This document shows, piece by piece, positions 1 to 12,956 of a stretch of 64,000 bases of DNA; the stretch's first letter is position 1; the number at the start of each line of letters is the position of its first letter. The position numbers and the translations under genes were made by a program. The notes beneath the pieces were generated by a model that did not search any database, was not told the DNA's origin, and saw nothing but the letters and a program-made list of their open reading frames with translations. This DNA comes from Octopus bimaculoides (Eukaryota). Location of the stretch: NCBI RefSeq assembly GCF_001194135.2, contig NC_068984.1, forward strand, positions 87,856,501 to 87,920,500. The letters run 5' to 3'.

Positions 1-39
1 ATATATATATATATATATATATATAAATACATACATGTA

Positions 40-1463
40 ACTGGAAACATCCACGGCCTAAACACTGGCACATCTTCGATTATGTTCTGACAAGACCCAG
101 GGATAGACGAGATGTACGCATCACCCACTCCATGCCCTGTGCAGTTGACTGCTGGACGGATCACCGCCTTCTTATCCCTCGCTTTGACATCAAGATCCGC
201 TGCCCACCAAAGCGGGTCTCAGCAAACATCCCTTTCCGACGCTTCGACTGCGCCAAACTCCGAAATTCACAGACATCCCAAGACTTCAAGGGATCCATTG
301 AGAGACACCTGATGGACCTCCCAGAGTCAACCTCCATTGAGGATCGCTGGACCAGCCTTCGTGAAGCCATGACCGCTGCTGTCGAAGAGACGATCGGCTT
401 TGCCTGGAAGAAGGACCAAGACTGGTTTGACGAGAATAATGAAACCATCTCCCGTCTAATCGAAGCCAAACACCTCGAGAACCATGCCACTGCGGAGAAC
501 AAACGAAAACACCAGCAAGTATCAGCGGAATGCCAGCGAGGAATTCGAGAAGCTCAGAACGTCTGGTCATGGTCTACAAAGGACGGCCAATCTTTACAAC
601 GCGGCTTATGAACGCTTCGGGATGCAGGTAAACACATTAAAGACCAAGACACTGATCCAACTTGCACCAGGCCAGAACAATCCTCTCACAAACATAAGCA
701 TCAACGGCCAATCCCTAGAAGAATTTGAACACTTCACATACCTTGGAAGTATCCTTTCGAAGACACCCCCCCCCCACTTCGGCAGACTCAGCCAACGTGT
801 ATTCTTCAATTACGCGCTGACCATCCGGATAAAGATCATGGTCTTCCGTGCCATTGTCTTGTCAACTCTACGCTTGTGAGACTTGGACGTTGTACCACCA
901 TGACTTCAAGCGTCTTGAATGCTTCCAGCAATCGAAGCTACAACAGATCCTCAACATACAATGGGAAGATCACGTTACCAACAACGAGGTTCTTCGCCAC
1001 GCCTCACTACTAAGTGTCGAAGCCACCATTCTTCGCCATCGTCTCCGCTGGGCAGGTCACGTCCAGCGAACGGAGCCCTCTAGTCTCCCAAGGATCATGC
1101 TCTACGGAGAACTTGCAATCGGAACAAGACCTAGAGGAGATCCGAAATTTCGTTTTCAAGACCAGTTTAAACGGACCTTGGCTCAAGCTCACATCCAGCC
1201 ATCCTCATGGGAATAGATTGGCATGGAAAGGACAGCCTGGAGAACTGCTATCCGCAATTGAGCCAGCTCCTTGGAACAGAACAGACAACAGAATGAGGAG
1301 GCAAAACGCAGGAGAAGAAAGGAGCGTCTTCAACATCCTCGACCTGCACCGACCAGCCCATGCGAGTTCTGTTCACGACTCTTTCACCACTGACTATGAC
1401 TCCAAAGTCACTTTTGGCACAAACATCAGCCGAGAAGAATGGATGGAAACTGACGAACCCAAT
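40..1463 (+). mobile_element. Decayed RTE-clade LINE (BovB/RTE-like), 5'-truncated, with internal deletion of most of the RT domain
   Basis: Frame from 42 reads WKHPRPKHWHIFDYVLTRPRDRRDVRITHSMPCAVDCWTDHRLL (end of AP endonuclease), then DWFDENN. After ~570 it reads FGMQVNTLKTK...FTYLGS, then LYACETWT...LRWAGHVQR...MLYGEL...RPRG, typical of the RTE C-terminus. Frameshifted. Confidence 0.9.
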
Positions 1464-1781
1464 NNNNNNNNNNNNNNNNNNNNNNNNNNNNNNNNNNNNN
1501 NNNNNNNNNNNNNNNNNNNNNNNNNNNNNNNNNNNNNNNNNNNNNNNNNNNNNNNNNNNNNNNNNNNNNNNNNNNNNNNNNNNNNNNNNNNNNNNNNNNN
1601 NNNNNNNNNNNNNNNNNNNNNNNNNNNNNNNNNNNNNNNNNNNNNNNNNNNNNNNNNNNNNNNNNNNNNNNNNNNNNNNNNNNNNNNNNNNNNNNNNNNN
1701 NNNNNNNNNNNNNNNNNNNNNNNNNNNNNNNNNNNNNNNNNNNNNNNNNNNNNNNNNNNNNNNNNNNNNNNNNNNNNNNNN

Positions 1782-1820
<39 letters not shown>

Positions 1821-2579
1821 CAAATATATATATTTATATATACTTATGGTTTTCCATACATTCTATATATAAAGAAACTATTTTGTATGTATACTTAGAG
1901 TTGAATCAGCGGTGTAACCATGTTGTTCAGATGATCAGATGGCTAACTTTCTTTATCTGCATTAATTTGGGAATATACAATTGTATTGTATAATGCGTAG
2001 CACGCATAGTAGCGCAGACGTGTAAACATAATTCATTATGCACTTAAATTTTTATTTACATGAAGAAGGCAGCGAAACAGATGTAAGCCTGAGGATGACA
2101 AGTGGTTAAATAAATATATTCACCTCTCAAACATCTTGCCTTTATATATATACATGACAAAAGCAGACATAGAAATTGACATAAATTACGATGCTTTAGA
2201 CATTGATGATACTTACTAAATATCATTGTATAATATTACTTATTCAATTTAAAACTACCTGGTTGGTTTTGTAATTATTAAACATATATATATATATACT
2301 GATAATGTACCTCACATAAGATCTATCGCTATACAAAACTAAATTATTTACCAGGTGGAATACAGCTCCAAGCAACCATTAATGAATTCACCAATAATAC
2401 TGTGAGTTATCGCCGAAACCGTGAGTATAAATAAATATATATTTTACTTGGACTTAGCAGATTGAAAAACTTGTTATGATAGATTAAAAGTAGTTTTACA
2501 TATATGCATGACATACTTCGCATATAAACACAACAGTTTTTGTAGTTTAAGATTTATCGCTTTTGCAAATAAAATCAAT

Positions 2580-3350
2580 TTGATTGTAAGTCTGTTCAGC
2601 CTGGCTGGCTTGGCTGAAAACAACAGCTTTTCAAATTTCCATTGTAAATACTTGCACTTAGGTTTTGTGTGACAAAGTAAATGCATGGGTTGCTGTGAAA
2701 ATTAGAAGGTATTCTTTGTTTTATTTCCCTGTGAAAGTGTTATGTAAGGAGGTAGAAATATGTCAATTGCTAATTACTGCAATGTGCATCACAATGAATG
2801 AAGTGTTTCGCTAGGGCAGAAGAAAATTGGAAAGTTAATAAGCCACACCAGCGTTTGATATGTGTCCCCATTGATTACCATCTTTAACAGCTGCCGGTAC
2901 CTGATTAAAAGCTGTAACTTTTGTTAATGAAACAAAATACTTCTACTGAAAGAGTAAACTAAAGTGACATGAATTTTATTAACGAACAATGTTTATATGT
3001 AATGTAATGAGAATGTGAAATCAAGAACTGTCGTCGATCCTCACGGCGGTAATCTGTTATTGATTGCATTTAATGATCTCACTTGCATAATCGCATGATT
3101 GCAAAGTAGCAAAAAATTTAGACGTTAAAATTTCAGAAAGTATGATTTTATCTAACCTGAACTAGATTTATAGAAATACCTAGAAACAATGGCTGAATGT
3201 GATTTTATTACAAAGAACTGTCGCATAGTGTTTCTTTAGATGAAATCTGGATTCGCCTAAAGCGCTACTTATTATTTAAGGAATCTATTGAATTTAAGAC
3301 ATAATTTTTCCGAAAGTATACGAAATAAAGTCTCTTTAATCAAAGGCTTT
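2580..3350 (-). pseudogene. Possible highly decayed TLR-like remnant (LRRCT to TIR end)
   Basis: Manual translation gives ANPDFI*RNTMRQFF (LRRCT-like, ~3240) and KYLQWKFEKLLF (ORF 2474..2686), resembling the TIR terminal TYLEW box. Weak. Confidence 0.22.
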
Positions 3351-3827
3351 ATATAAATTCCAGAGAATTGTCAATAAAACAAGTAATAATAGATTCCATC
3401 TTCAATGATACAACCATACTGCATGCGTAAATGATAAAGAATATACACAGATAGATATACATGTATGTATGTATGCATGTATGTATGTATGTATGTATGT
3501 ATGTATGTATGTATGCACGCATGCCTGCATGCATGTATATATGTATACGCGCATATATATAACAATATATATCTATTACGCATGTGTGTATATATATATA
3601 TATATATAAGGACAAAAGTAAATATTCTTAGGCTTATTTTCCCACACACACATATATATATATATATATANNNNNNNNNNNNNNNNNNNNNNNNNNNNNN
3701 NNNNNNNNNNNNNNNNNNNNNNNNNNNNNNNNNNNNNNNNNNNNNNNNNNNNNNATATATATTGGACAACAAGCCTAAGAATATTTACTTTTGTCCTTCT
3801 ACATTCAACAAAATTCGCAGTTTGTTG

Positions 3828-4020
3828 ATGTTTAGCCGCATGTCAGCCCTAGCTGGGCACACTTATGATCAATAGCGTTTCATACAATCTTTTTCCTTTT
3901 GAGGCATAGTATATTTGGAACTACATAATCCAAGCTGTCCTTATTTAAGCTAGTGGAGTGTGATTTGAGGGGAGGTTTCGTCTAGCAGATAGAGCATCAC
4001 GTGGAAGCTCCCCCGTTGGC
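3828..4020 (-). repeat. Dispersed (CAA)n-tailed repeat family copy
   Basis: tttagcc..gtcagccct..cttatgatca and gtgtgatttgaggggag motifs shared with copies at 48045, 52283, 58655 and 60300. Confidence 0.5.
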
Positions 4021-4089
4021 TCAAAATCCACGGATTACTATATCTTTCTGACGTCAATTTGATTTACTATGTATTTCTACAATAAATGT

Positions 4090-4505
4090 GCGTGTCATTT
4101 CAAGCTAAGGAGAGTTCTTCTGTGTTATGCTGGAATTAACATCCAAATGTTCTTTAAATCACATCCTATCGATTTAAAAAATGAAGGACACACTAGGTAA
4201 GAAAATCTTAAGTGCACTATATTTGAAAAAAAAAAAAAGAAGCATTTTCGGGGTCTTCAAGAGTGATGGTGTTCACGAAAAGAAGAAGAAGTCAAGTCAT
4301 AAGTTATAGCAAAAAGCTTTACAAGTAATTGAGCTATTCTCAAACTAGAGAATACTTGCAAAAGAGTTGAATCTGCTAAAATCTAAGAAATAGTGCTGAA
4401 TCAGAGGACGAATTAAGTCTGTTACCCAAGTCTCAGTCAAAATGCCTTTGATCGTAGGTCTGGTTGACCATGGTTGACCTGGGACAAATATACAGTAACA
4501 ACAAA
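4090..4505 (+). repeat. Two opposite-orientation fragments of the same (CAA)n-tailed family
   Basis: aaatcacatcctatcg (4150) and aatgcctttgatcgtaggtctggttgaccatggttgacctggg...aacaacaa (4440-4505) are reverse complements of the family motifs. Confidence 0.5.
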
Positions 4506-5699
4506 TGTAGTGTTGTACTAATTTCAGAAGTTACTATTTTTCAGTCCATCTTATGCACCACCTTAGTTCCATGTATCGTTATAAAGCCTTTTGATCTTCC
4601 ATAATAAATAATCTTTTATATGAGCAGTGACTGATAGAATCTTCAAAATTTCCCTCGTAACGTATTGGATGCTATTCTTCAATCTTCTATAAATCGTTCT
4701 CCGCTTTTCTTTATCAGTTTAATTGTAGAAGAATGTGTGCCTACAAAGCTGTGATAAAACTCTTCACAACATTATAATATTTGAATTACTTAAAATAATA
4801 ACACCTACAGTTTATTAAATAATTACTAAAACAGGCTATTGTAAAACTTTACAATCTGCGTTTACTGTATACTAAAAGCAGCGATTGCTAAAGCAATAAA
4901 CAACTGGAAGGGAAAATGTGGCATAAAAGCCATGAGGGAAGAGCCAGTTAAAAGAAAAGTTCTTCAATAAAATAGATAGCTTTGGAGCAGCTGAGTACAA
5001 CGTTCATAGCGATGATAGCATTTAGCGCTAGTATTAGCTCTTCCTATGTTCAGAAAGTAAGAACTTGGGTCACTTTGTTGCAGCAATAAAATAAATCTAG
5101 ATCCATAGGCTCCATCTCCCTATTAATATAACGATATCAACATTACCGAATCTAGGTTCTTGAATTGGATAACATAACAACAGCAAGGTCATTGGAATAA
5201 ATTTGGTGTCCTTTGAGACAGATTAGTAGAATCGCAAGTGGACTCAGCTCTACTTCCCCTGTTCTGATCACAAAGTTAATACTTACACAGAACTGCAAAT
5301 AAAGCATTCATATCTTAATTCATGTTTTAAGACATGACAGTCATATAATCCTGGAATAACAAGCGATAATGAATTTCTGTAGATTGGACTAAAGAGGAAA
5401 TTCTGAGCTAAAAGACAAAAAGAAAGAAAAACAGTGATCATATCCGATAGGACACGTTAAAGTTGTTTATAAACATTCAACTCTTCTGCTTTGTCCTCTT
5501 AAGTCAATCTTCACGAAATACCTTTGATTAATCTGATCTTCTTGTTTATTTATTTGATAAATTTTTTCTTATTTTTTATAGCGTATTTTCTTTACCTTCT
5601 ACCTTTTCCGTACGGAGAATAATTTTAATGCTTATTAACAATGATTATATGTAATGTTAATTTATTAGTTGCCACATTATAAACCGCCTTTAATTTAGA

Positions 5700-6790
5700 A
5701 GTGATTGCTGTTCTTATGATCAATGAGAGGTTTTACGATAGGTAAATATTTCTGTTTACGATTTTATATATATGATAATAAAATATATGAAATATTCTGT
5801 TGTAAATACCATGAGTGAAATTGTAGACCCAAAGCTTGCAGTATATAGATAGTTTAGAAATTACATTTTCAACTCGATCAACGTAATGGCCAATTACTTC
5901 ATGTTCCTGTTGTTCCAAATAAGCTGTGGATAAATAAATGCTTCTGCTATGAACATTTTAATGAAATTAAAACAGCACTATTTATGCTAAAATAAATAAT
6001 GTGATACCATTTGTCAGCAATCATCTGCTTATGTTCATTTTCAGTCCCGTTAATTAGTTATAGAATTCCCACAGGTTATAGCAACCGCTTTTAGGAGAAT
6101 TTGAATTAATGTTACCTAAAATTGAAGGTATGGAAAACTGAAAACTCGATTATATAAAAAATCTCAGTTATCTCTATATTGCCATAATAATGGTCTATAG
6201 ATGTACTTTGAAATGTACTTTAAGGAAACGGATAATATTTCCAAAAATAACTGATAAATGGTGACAATTCTAAAATTTATTTTATATTTTTAAGGCTGGT
6301 CTTATAGAATAACTGTTCAAGAAGAAACATATATTACTGATTATCAAAAGAAAATCAATTAAAATTTGTTATCAGTTTATCAATTATTATCCGCTTCTAA
6401 AATATAAAAGCTTAGTGGGATGCGGTGTTAATGATCGACAGCTCGAATAGAATTTTTTTTAAAGGCCTATATTTTCAGGAAACGGTTACTTTTTTGTTTG
6501 TGAAATAGATACGTTGAATATTTCATTGCATACTTTATAGTAATTACTTTTGTTACTTTTGCCATTGAACTTTGAAGAAGCAAGTCGACTACTCATTGGG
6601 TCCACAATCCAAAAAAGGAGTATTCTCCACATCTAGATGCAGAAAAATCTGACTTATTGGATCTGTTGAAAATATGAGCAATGAGTCTAAATACGAATGT
6701 GAAGCAAAGAAATAACAATATATCTCCAAAGGTTTTCTGCTTCAAACTATTAACAGCATGTTGTATGTTAATGATATTCACACAATTTCT
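5700..6790 (-). pseudogene. Possible decayed TLR-like gene (LRR, LRRCT, TM, TIR)
   Basis: NSLKQKTFGDILLFL (ORF 6593..6781); FLHLDVENTPFLDCG (LRRCT-like); QILIDFLLIISNICFFL (TM-like, ~6370); YLEQQEHEVIGHYVDRVENVISK (TIR-like, ORF 5733..5918). Order is collinear with a TLR. Confidence 0.33.
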
Positions 6791-6849
6791 ATTAAAATGA
6801 TACGCAAAAGTCTTACAAGATTAAGAGATCCTCTGAGTGGCGGTTTTGC

Positions 6850-7480
6850 CTGTGGCGGTAAATAGGCAGAACCCTGGTTATTCTATGACAGTTCTTTTAC
6901 ATTTACAAGGAATTAATTAGGAAGATTTGTATTGGAGTTTCTTTCTACTATGAGTCATGGTCATAATGTTTCAATTTGTTTCATAGGCTTTAGTTATATG
7001 TAGTTTCTCGGCAGAGAAAATGTTTCTGTGGATTTATATTTTGTTTAATACAATATTATAGCATTTGAAAGTTGTGTGTTAAATTGTTAACTTCTGAGCA
7101 AGGTGAAATATGACTTTCAGTCATCCATAGCTGTCGGTTGGAATATTAAGTTATATTTGAATTTGCTTTTAGGTAAAGCTGTATTCAGTGCAATGTAAAG
7201 AAACTTTTCATAAACTTTGTGTCAAACTTCTTTATGACTCTGTCAAAGACTTCACATTAAATATACTTGAAAAAATATGATAAAATTTGTTTTCTATGAT
7301 TGCTAAAGATATTTAATTGTTTAAGTTTATGTCAAGTTTCTTTAGATCTGAAATTCTGTTCATCTTTGATGTCATTGGTAAGGCATTGTCAGTGAACTTA
7401 GTTGGCTTTGTTATAATTAATAAAAAAAAAACTTGAGAATAAATGCCTGTAGAAAGTGAGAGACATAGGAATATTTGGTT
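6850..7480 (-). mobile_element. Possible Penelope-like element remnant (RT C-terminus and linker)
   Basis: LPMTSKMNRISDL, ALNTA, KFKYNLIFQP and QKHF resemble Penelope RT C-terminal motifs. Heavily decayed. Confidence 0.33.
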
Positions 7481-7559
7481 TATGATTAATGTTTAAGCCA
7501 CTACATATATATTGATGTTTTTTTTTTCTTGTTCTTTGCTCTTCGTTCTAAAACACTGT

Positions 7560-8060
7560 TGAGATCATCAAAAAATTCACCATAATAGCTTCGCAATAAA
7601 CACTCAAAAAAATAGAACACTCAAATTTATGGAAGAAACTATGAGGAAAATAACCACAGATATTCAAGAAATTGATATACCGACACTAATCGTTTGTGCC
7701 AGCTAAATCAACCAACTCAGTTTAAGATTTAGAAACAAGCTGGACAAGTAGAATAATGATCATCACAATTACTTCAACTGGTTTAATATCAGAAAAGATA
7801 TTGCTGGAAACAAACACTGAATAAATATATGTGCTTTTAAACAAGAAATCCTAAACTGTATAAACTTTTAACTATATGATGAGCTCACACCAATTAAAAG
7901 AAACGCAATTAAAATTTAACAACAGCAAAATTAAAGCAATTCAACGGAACTTAGCCATATGCTCGTGCTAAATGAAGAACAAACCCCAGTAAAATAAAAA
8001 AAAAAAGATTTTCGACTTAAAGAGAACTAATTTATATGAAAGTAAAAGTTAAAGGAGTTA
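7560..8060 (+). mobile_element. Possible Penelope-like RT N-terminal remnant
   Basis: FVPAKS (cf. LINPAKS) and NWFNIRK (cf. WFKNI) motifs. Decayed. Confidence 0.3.
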
Positions 8061-8493
8061 TGATATATTTAAAAAGTATTGAAAAAAAAAGAGTGTCTGT
8101 AGCCAAAATGACACTAAAAAAATAATAAAACTAACCAATAAAGTAATACCTGAAAACAACCTATATAATCTATAGTCTATTCTGTTATTACTACGGTACA
8201 GACAAAATTGGAAGCAACAATTAGAAGAAAGAGTAGTTAATCAAACTGGAGAATTTCAAAAGAAATTTAATGAATAAAAAAGGAAAAAACTGAGAAAGGA
8301 TCTCTTTATCAGAAAAAAAAAAAATTAAAAAAAGAAAGTCAAGAGGAAGAATAGAAAAAGCAAAAAAAAAGCGTGATGTCAGAAATTAGGAAACAACTGC
8401 TCAAACAGTTACAAACGTCCATCAAATCAGAACATTAATTATTAAATAATTCTTTTTACTATAGCTAATTTCATAATTCTTTCTACTAAATAA

Positions 8494-8501
8494 TAATGAT
8501 A

Positions 8502-8562
<61 letters not shown>

Positions 8563-8566
8563 CAAC

Positions 8567-8617
<51 letters not shown>
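8494..8617. repeat. (AAT)n microsatellite
   Basis: Direct. Confidence 0.98.
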
Positions 8618-8618
<1 letters not shown>

Positions 8619-8864
8619 GTGATGATGATTACCTTCATTTATTTACCACCGGGGCAATACAAAGACAGCCACAAGATTGTGGGTGGGGGCGCAAATAATG
8701 AAATGATAAAATAAATAAATCACAAAAAAGTAAGTATACACGGTAAACAATGAAAGAGGAAGAAAATATACATAGTATACAAAAGTAAAAGAAGTGGGGA
8801 ATGATAGTGAAGTAGTCCTACTAATACAAGATGACTCTAGGGATAATCAAGGAACCTCACCGCC

Positions 8865-9071
8865 CAAGAAATTTTGGCGCAAGGCCAGCAAATTCGGAGG
8901 AGGAGATAAGTCGATTACATGGACCCCAGGACTTGAGTGGTACTTACTTTACCGACCCCCATAGAATGAATGGTAAATTCGACCTCGGCGGAATTTGAAT
9001 CCAGAACATAAAGAAAGACGAAATGCTGCTAAGCATTTTGCCGGACATGCTAACGATTCTACCAGCTAGCC
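8865..9071 (-). mobile_element. tRNA-derived SINE, family 1 (central ccgaggtcga...tcatcc...ggggtcg..taa..taagtacca domain, Meta-domain-like)
   Basis: Reverse complement matches the full copy at 30243-30456. Confidence 0.85.
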
Positions 9072-9072
9072 T

Positions 9073-9137
9073 AAATAATAACAACAGCAATAACAACAAC
9101 AACAACAGCAATAACAACAACAACAACAACGACAATG

Positions 9138-9176
<39 letters not shown>

Positions 9177-9205
9177 TTAATAATAATAATAATAATAGTA
9201 ATAAT
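9073..9205. repeat. (AAC)n/(AAT)n compound microsatellite
   Basis: Direct. Confidence 0.97.
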
Positions 9206-9490
9206 GGGGCTGATTGCTCCCTAGCTCAGATACCAGGAAACCCCAAAATGCCAGAAATTCAAAAGATAGTGCTCATGGGAATTACCCATATCCTATGTAA
9301 AATGCTGTCTATGTAATCTCAAATTTTAAAACAAACTCATAAATTTTCTTATGGTTTCTTAAACATTCTGTAGAACAATACTCTGTGCAGAACCACATAT
9401 GTGACACTCTAGGCATAACACCAACATGAACTTCTAACTTGTCTCTTGAGGTCTCTGGGTGAGACTTGGAGCCAACTTGTACAAATAAAA
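9203..9490 (+). mobile_element. R4/Dong-type RLE retrotransposon, family A, ~290-bp 3' fragment (copy A1)
   Basis: GADCSLAQIPGNPKMPEIQKIVLMGITHILCKMLSM* plus 3'UTR, closely matching 12185-12470. Confidence 0.88.
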
Positions 9491-10533
9491 CGGCAGCTCC
9501 CCATTATGTCGTATATGCCAACAACAAAATGAGACCATCGATCATGTTGTCTCCATGTGCAGTCTGCTTGCGCCTACAGAGTATCTCAACAGGCATGATA
9601 GAGCTGCACAATATATTCACTGGGTAATATGCAAAAACCTGGACTTGCCCCATGATAAAAACTGGTGGGAACACAAACTACCCCCAGTACTTGAAAATGA
9701 TCAGATTGCACTCCTCTGGAACTTCACCATTCAAACTGACAGAAAGATAGACGCAAATAGGCCAGACATCATACTGAAAGACTTCAGACAAAAATNNNNN
9801 NNNNNNNNNNNNNNNNNNNNNNNNNNNNNNNNNNNNNNNNNNNNNNNNNNNNNNNNNNNNNNNNNNNNNNNNNNNNNNNNNNNNNNNNNNNNNNNNNNNN
9901 NNNNNNNNNNNNNNNNNNNNNNNNNNNNNNNNNNNNNNNNNNNNNNNNNNNNNNNNNNNNNNNNNNNNNNNNNNNNNNNNNNNNNNNNNNNNNNNNNNNN
10001 NNNNNNNNNNNNNNNNNNNNNNNNNNNNNNNNNNNNNNNNNNNNNNNNNNNNNNNNNNNNNNNNNNNNNNNNNNNNNNNNNNNNNNNNNNNNNNNNNNNN
10101 NNNNNNNNNNNNNNNNNNNNNNNNNNNNNNNNNNNNNNNNNNNNNNNNNNNNNNNNNNNNNNNNNNNNNNNNNNNNNNNNNNNNNNNNNNNNNNNNNNNN
10201 NNNNNNNNNNNNNNNNNNNNNNNNNNNNNNNNNNNNNNNNNNNNNNNNNNNNNNNNNNNNNNNNNNNNNNNNNNNNNNNNNNNNNNNNNNNNNNNNNNNN
10301 NNNNNNNNNNNNNNNNNNNNNNNNNNNNNNNNNNNNNNNNNNNNNNNNNNNNNNNNNNNNNNNNNNNNNNNNNNNNNNNNTCTTAAACATTCACTTGAAC
10401 AAAACTGTACAAATCCAAATATATGGTACCCTAGGCATAACACCTACATGAACTTCTAATTTGTTGTCTCTTGAGGTCTCTGGGTGAGACTTGGATCCAG
10501 CTTGTACAAATGCAAAACAAAAGTCAAACATAA

Positions 10534-10534
<1 letters not shown>
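9491..10534 (+). mobile_element. R4/Dong-type RLE retrotransposon, family A, 5'-truncated copy A2 (contains N-gap 9796-10380)
   Basis: CRICQQQNETIDHVVSMC...RH (CCHC knuckle) and NRPDIILKD (PD-(D/E)xK RLE). The 3'UTR ends caaaagtcaaaca, followed by (TAA)n. Confidence 0.92.

Positions 10535-10617
<83 letters not shown>
10535..10617. repeat. (TAA)n microsatellite between R4 copies
   Basis: Direct. Confidence 0.98.
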
Positions 10618-12477
10618 CCTTTCATTTTGAACAATGACAATGAGTCTCTCAATGCTGGAAATGTAAGAATTTCATGTGACATTTTCCAGGTTGACTCTTT
10701 AATACCTCTCTCGAAATTGCTCGATGATGTACAATATGGCTGTAAAATGTTTGATAAAAATATAAATCATCTCTTTTACATGGATGATTTAAAGCACTTA
10801 GCAAAAAATGATCAACTACAGGGCTTACTAGCAATTTTTAAACAATTCAGTGATGATATCAGAATCCAATTTGGTGTCGATAAATGTGCAAAAGCTAATT
10901 TTATCAAAGGAAAAATGATAGAAACATCCAACGTTAATCTTGACCAACTGAATGTCATAAAGGAGTTAGAACCAGCGGAGAGCTACAAATACTTAAGGGT
11001 ATTTGAAGGTGATGGAATCAGACATTCAATGATGTGAGAAAGGATCAGAAAAGAATGTTATCGCAGGGTAAGGGCAATATTGAAGACAGAGCTGAATGCA
11101 AGAAACAGGATCGAAGTAATCAATACTTTAGCCATTCCAGTCATGGCTTATAGTTTCAATATTTTTCACTGGCCAGTTACTGAAATATGTAATCTTGACA
11201 GAAAAATACGAAAACTGTAGATAATGCATAGAATGCACCACCCTAAGGCAGAAAAAGAACGATTTTACCTGCCAAGAAATGAGGGTAACTGTGTACTTTT
11301 ACAACTTAACAATAAAGATTGCCACAGTCGGCCTAAAACCTACCTGAAAAATGTTTATACTTGGATGTTAAAACTTGTTTTAAATCACGTAAACAAGAAA
11401 ACATCATACTCAGTAACAAAACAGGCAAAGAAATATCTAAATTTGGAATTCATTCTAAATACAACAAATTCCAGAATTAGACGTGCTGGAAACAAACACA
11501 GAAAAAGTTAAGCATATGAAAACCTGTGCTAAAACTGCTGCCTTAAATATTCTTACTGATAAATGGCAAGAAAAATCTCTCAATGGCAAATACCCAAAGA
11601 GAACTAATAATACCGATGTTGACAAAACCCTTACTCATCAATGGTTAGTGTCTTCTGGCTTAAAATCAGAGACAGGAGGGTTTATCATAGCAGCCTACAA
11701 GGCGCTACCAGGCCAACATATTAAAGAACGACAGTAGCCCAACATGTGTATATAAACAACAAAAAGAAACCATCGATCATGCAGTCTTCTTGTACCTTTA
11801 GAGTATCTCAAAAAGCATGAGACAGTAGCACAATATATCCACTGGGTAATGTGCAAAACCTTGGACCTGCTCCATGATAAAAAAAACTGGTGGGAGCACA
11901 AACTACCTCCAGTCCTTGAAAATGATCACATCTCACTCCTCTGGAACTTCACCGTTCAAACTGACAGAAAGATAGATGCGAATAGGCCAGACGTTATATT
12001 GAAGGATTTCAGACACAAATTATGCCTCCTCATCGATATGACTGTCCCAATCGACATATATGTATCTGTCAAGACCTACCAAAAACTGAGCAAGTATAAA
12101 GATCTTGAAATAGAAATTGGCAAAATGTGGAACCTCAAGACTAGAAAAATACCTGTTGTCAGAAGTGCATTGTAAATGATAGCAAATGGAGCTGATTGCA
12201 ACCTAGTTCAGATATCAGGAAATCCAAAGACGGTATAAATTTTTTTAAATAGTGCTCATGGGAACTACCCACATCCTACATAAAATACTATGCAATCTCA
12301 AATTTTAAAACAAACTTATAACTTCCTTATGTTTTCTTAAACATTCTCTAGAACAATACTTTGTGCAAAACCAAATATATGGCACCCTAGTCATAACATC
12401 AACTTGAACTTCTAACGTGTCTCTTGAGGTCTCTGGGTGAGTCAACTTGTACAACTATAAAGCAAATGTCAAACATA
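10618..12477 (+). mobile_element. R4/Dong-type RLE retrotransposon, family A, copy A3 (RT motif 4 to 3' end)
   Basis: IFQVDSL, HLFYMDDLK (YxDD), FGVDKCAK, YKYL, LNARNRI, LKSETGGFIIA, NRPDVILKD...LID...KYKDLEIEI. Ends with taataataa. Frameshifts and stops present. Confidence 0.93.
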
Positions 12478-12489
12478 TAATAATAATAA

Positions 12490-12833
12490 ATGCCCTGATG
12501 CAGTACCGGGCAGTGGCTCTCATGGTTTTTGATCTTAACTGATTGAAAGTGTTCCATGCACATGCTTTGTCTTGGTATAAAAATGGGCTACCATAAATAT
12601 TTTGCTCAATACCACAGATTTACTTGTCAGTTGTCTGACGTTAAACAGGTGCGCATGTCCCTTTTGGCCGATGAATCGTGCATCTCTGCTCATGAGCAAA
12701 AGTAGTGAGGAAGCAACATAGCCATGTGTCGAGAGGAATTATTTGGGGTTTGAATAATTTACCTCTGGAAACATGAGTGGTTTGTTCATCATCCTTAAAC
12801 AGGAACCTTTTGAGTGGGATTGCTACTCGACCT
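12490..12833. repeat. Probable interspersed repeat between (TAA)n and (GAA)n tracts
   Basis: Non-coding block, less AT-rich than its flanks and bounded by microsatellites. It resembles a repeat I recall from Octopus DNA, but there is no second copy in the window. Confidence 0.35.
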
Positions 12834-12956
12834 GAAGAAGAAGAAGAAGAAGAAGAAGAAGAAGAAGAAGAAGAAGAAGAAGAAGAAGAAGAAGAAGAAG
12901 AAGAAGAAGAAGAAGAAGAAGAAGAAGAAGAAGAAGAAGAAGAAGAAGAAGAAGAA
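12834..12956. repeat. (GAA)n microsatellite, ~41 units
   Basis: Direct. Confidence 0.99.

Noticed and set aside
2055-2125. Hammerhead-ribozyme-like motifs (tgaagaaggcagcgaaac; ctgagga)
   Set aside because: The core is incomplete or in the wrong order, and I could not build stems I-III
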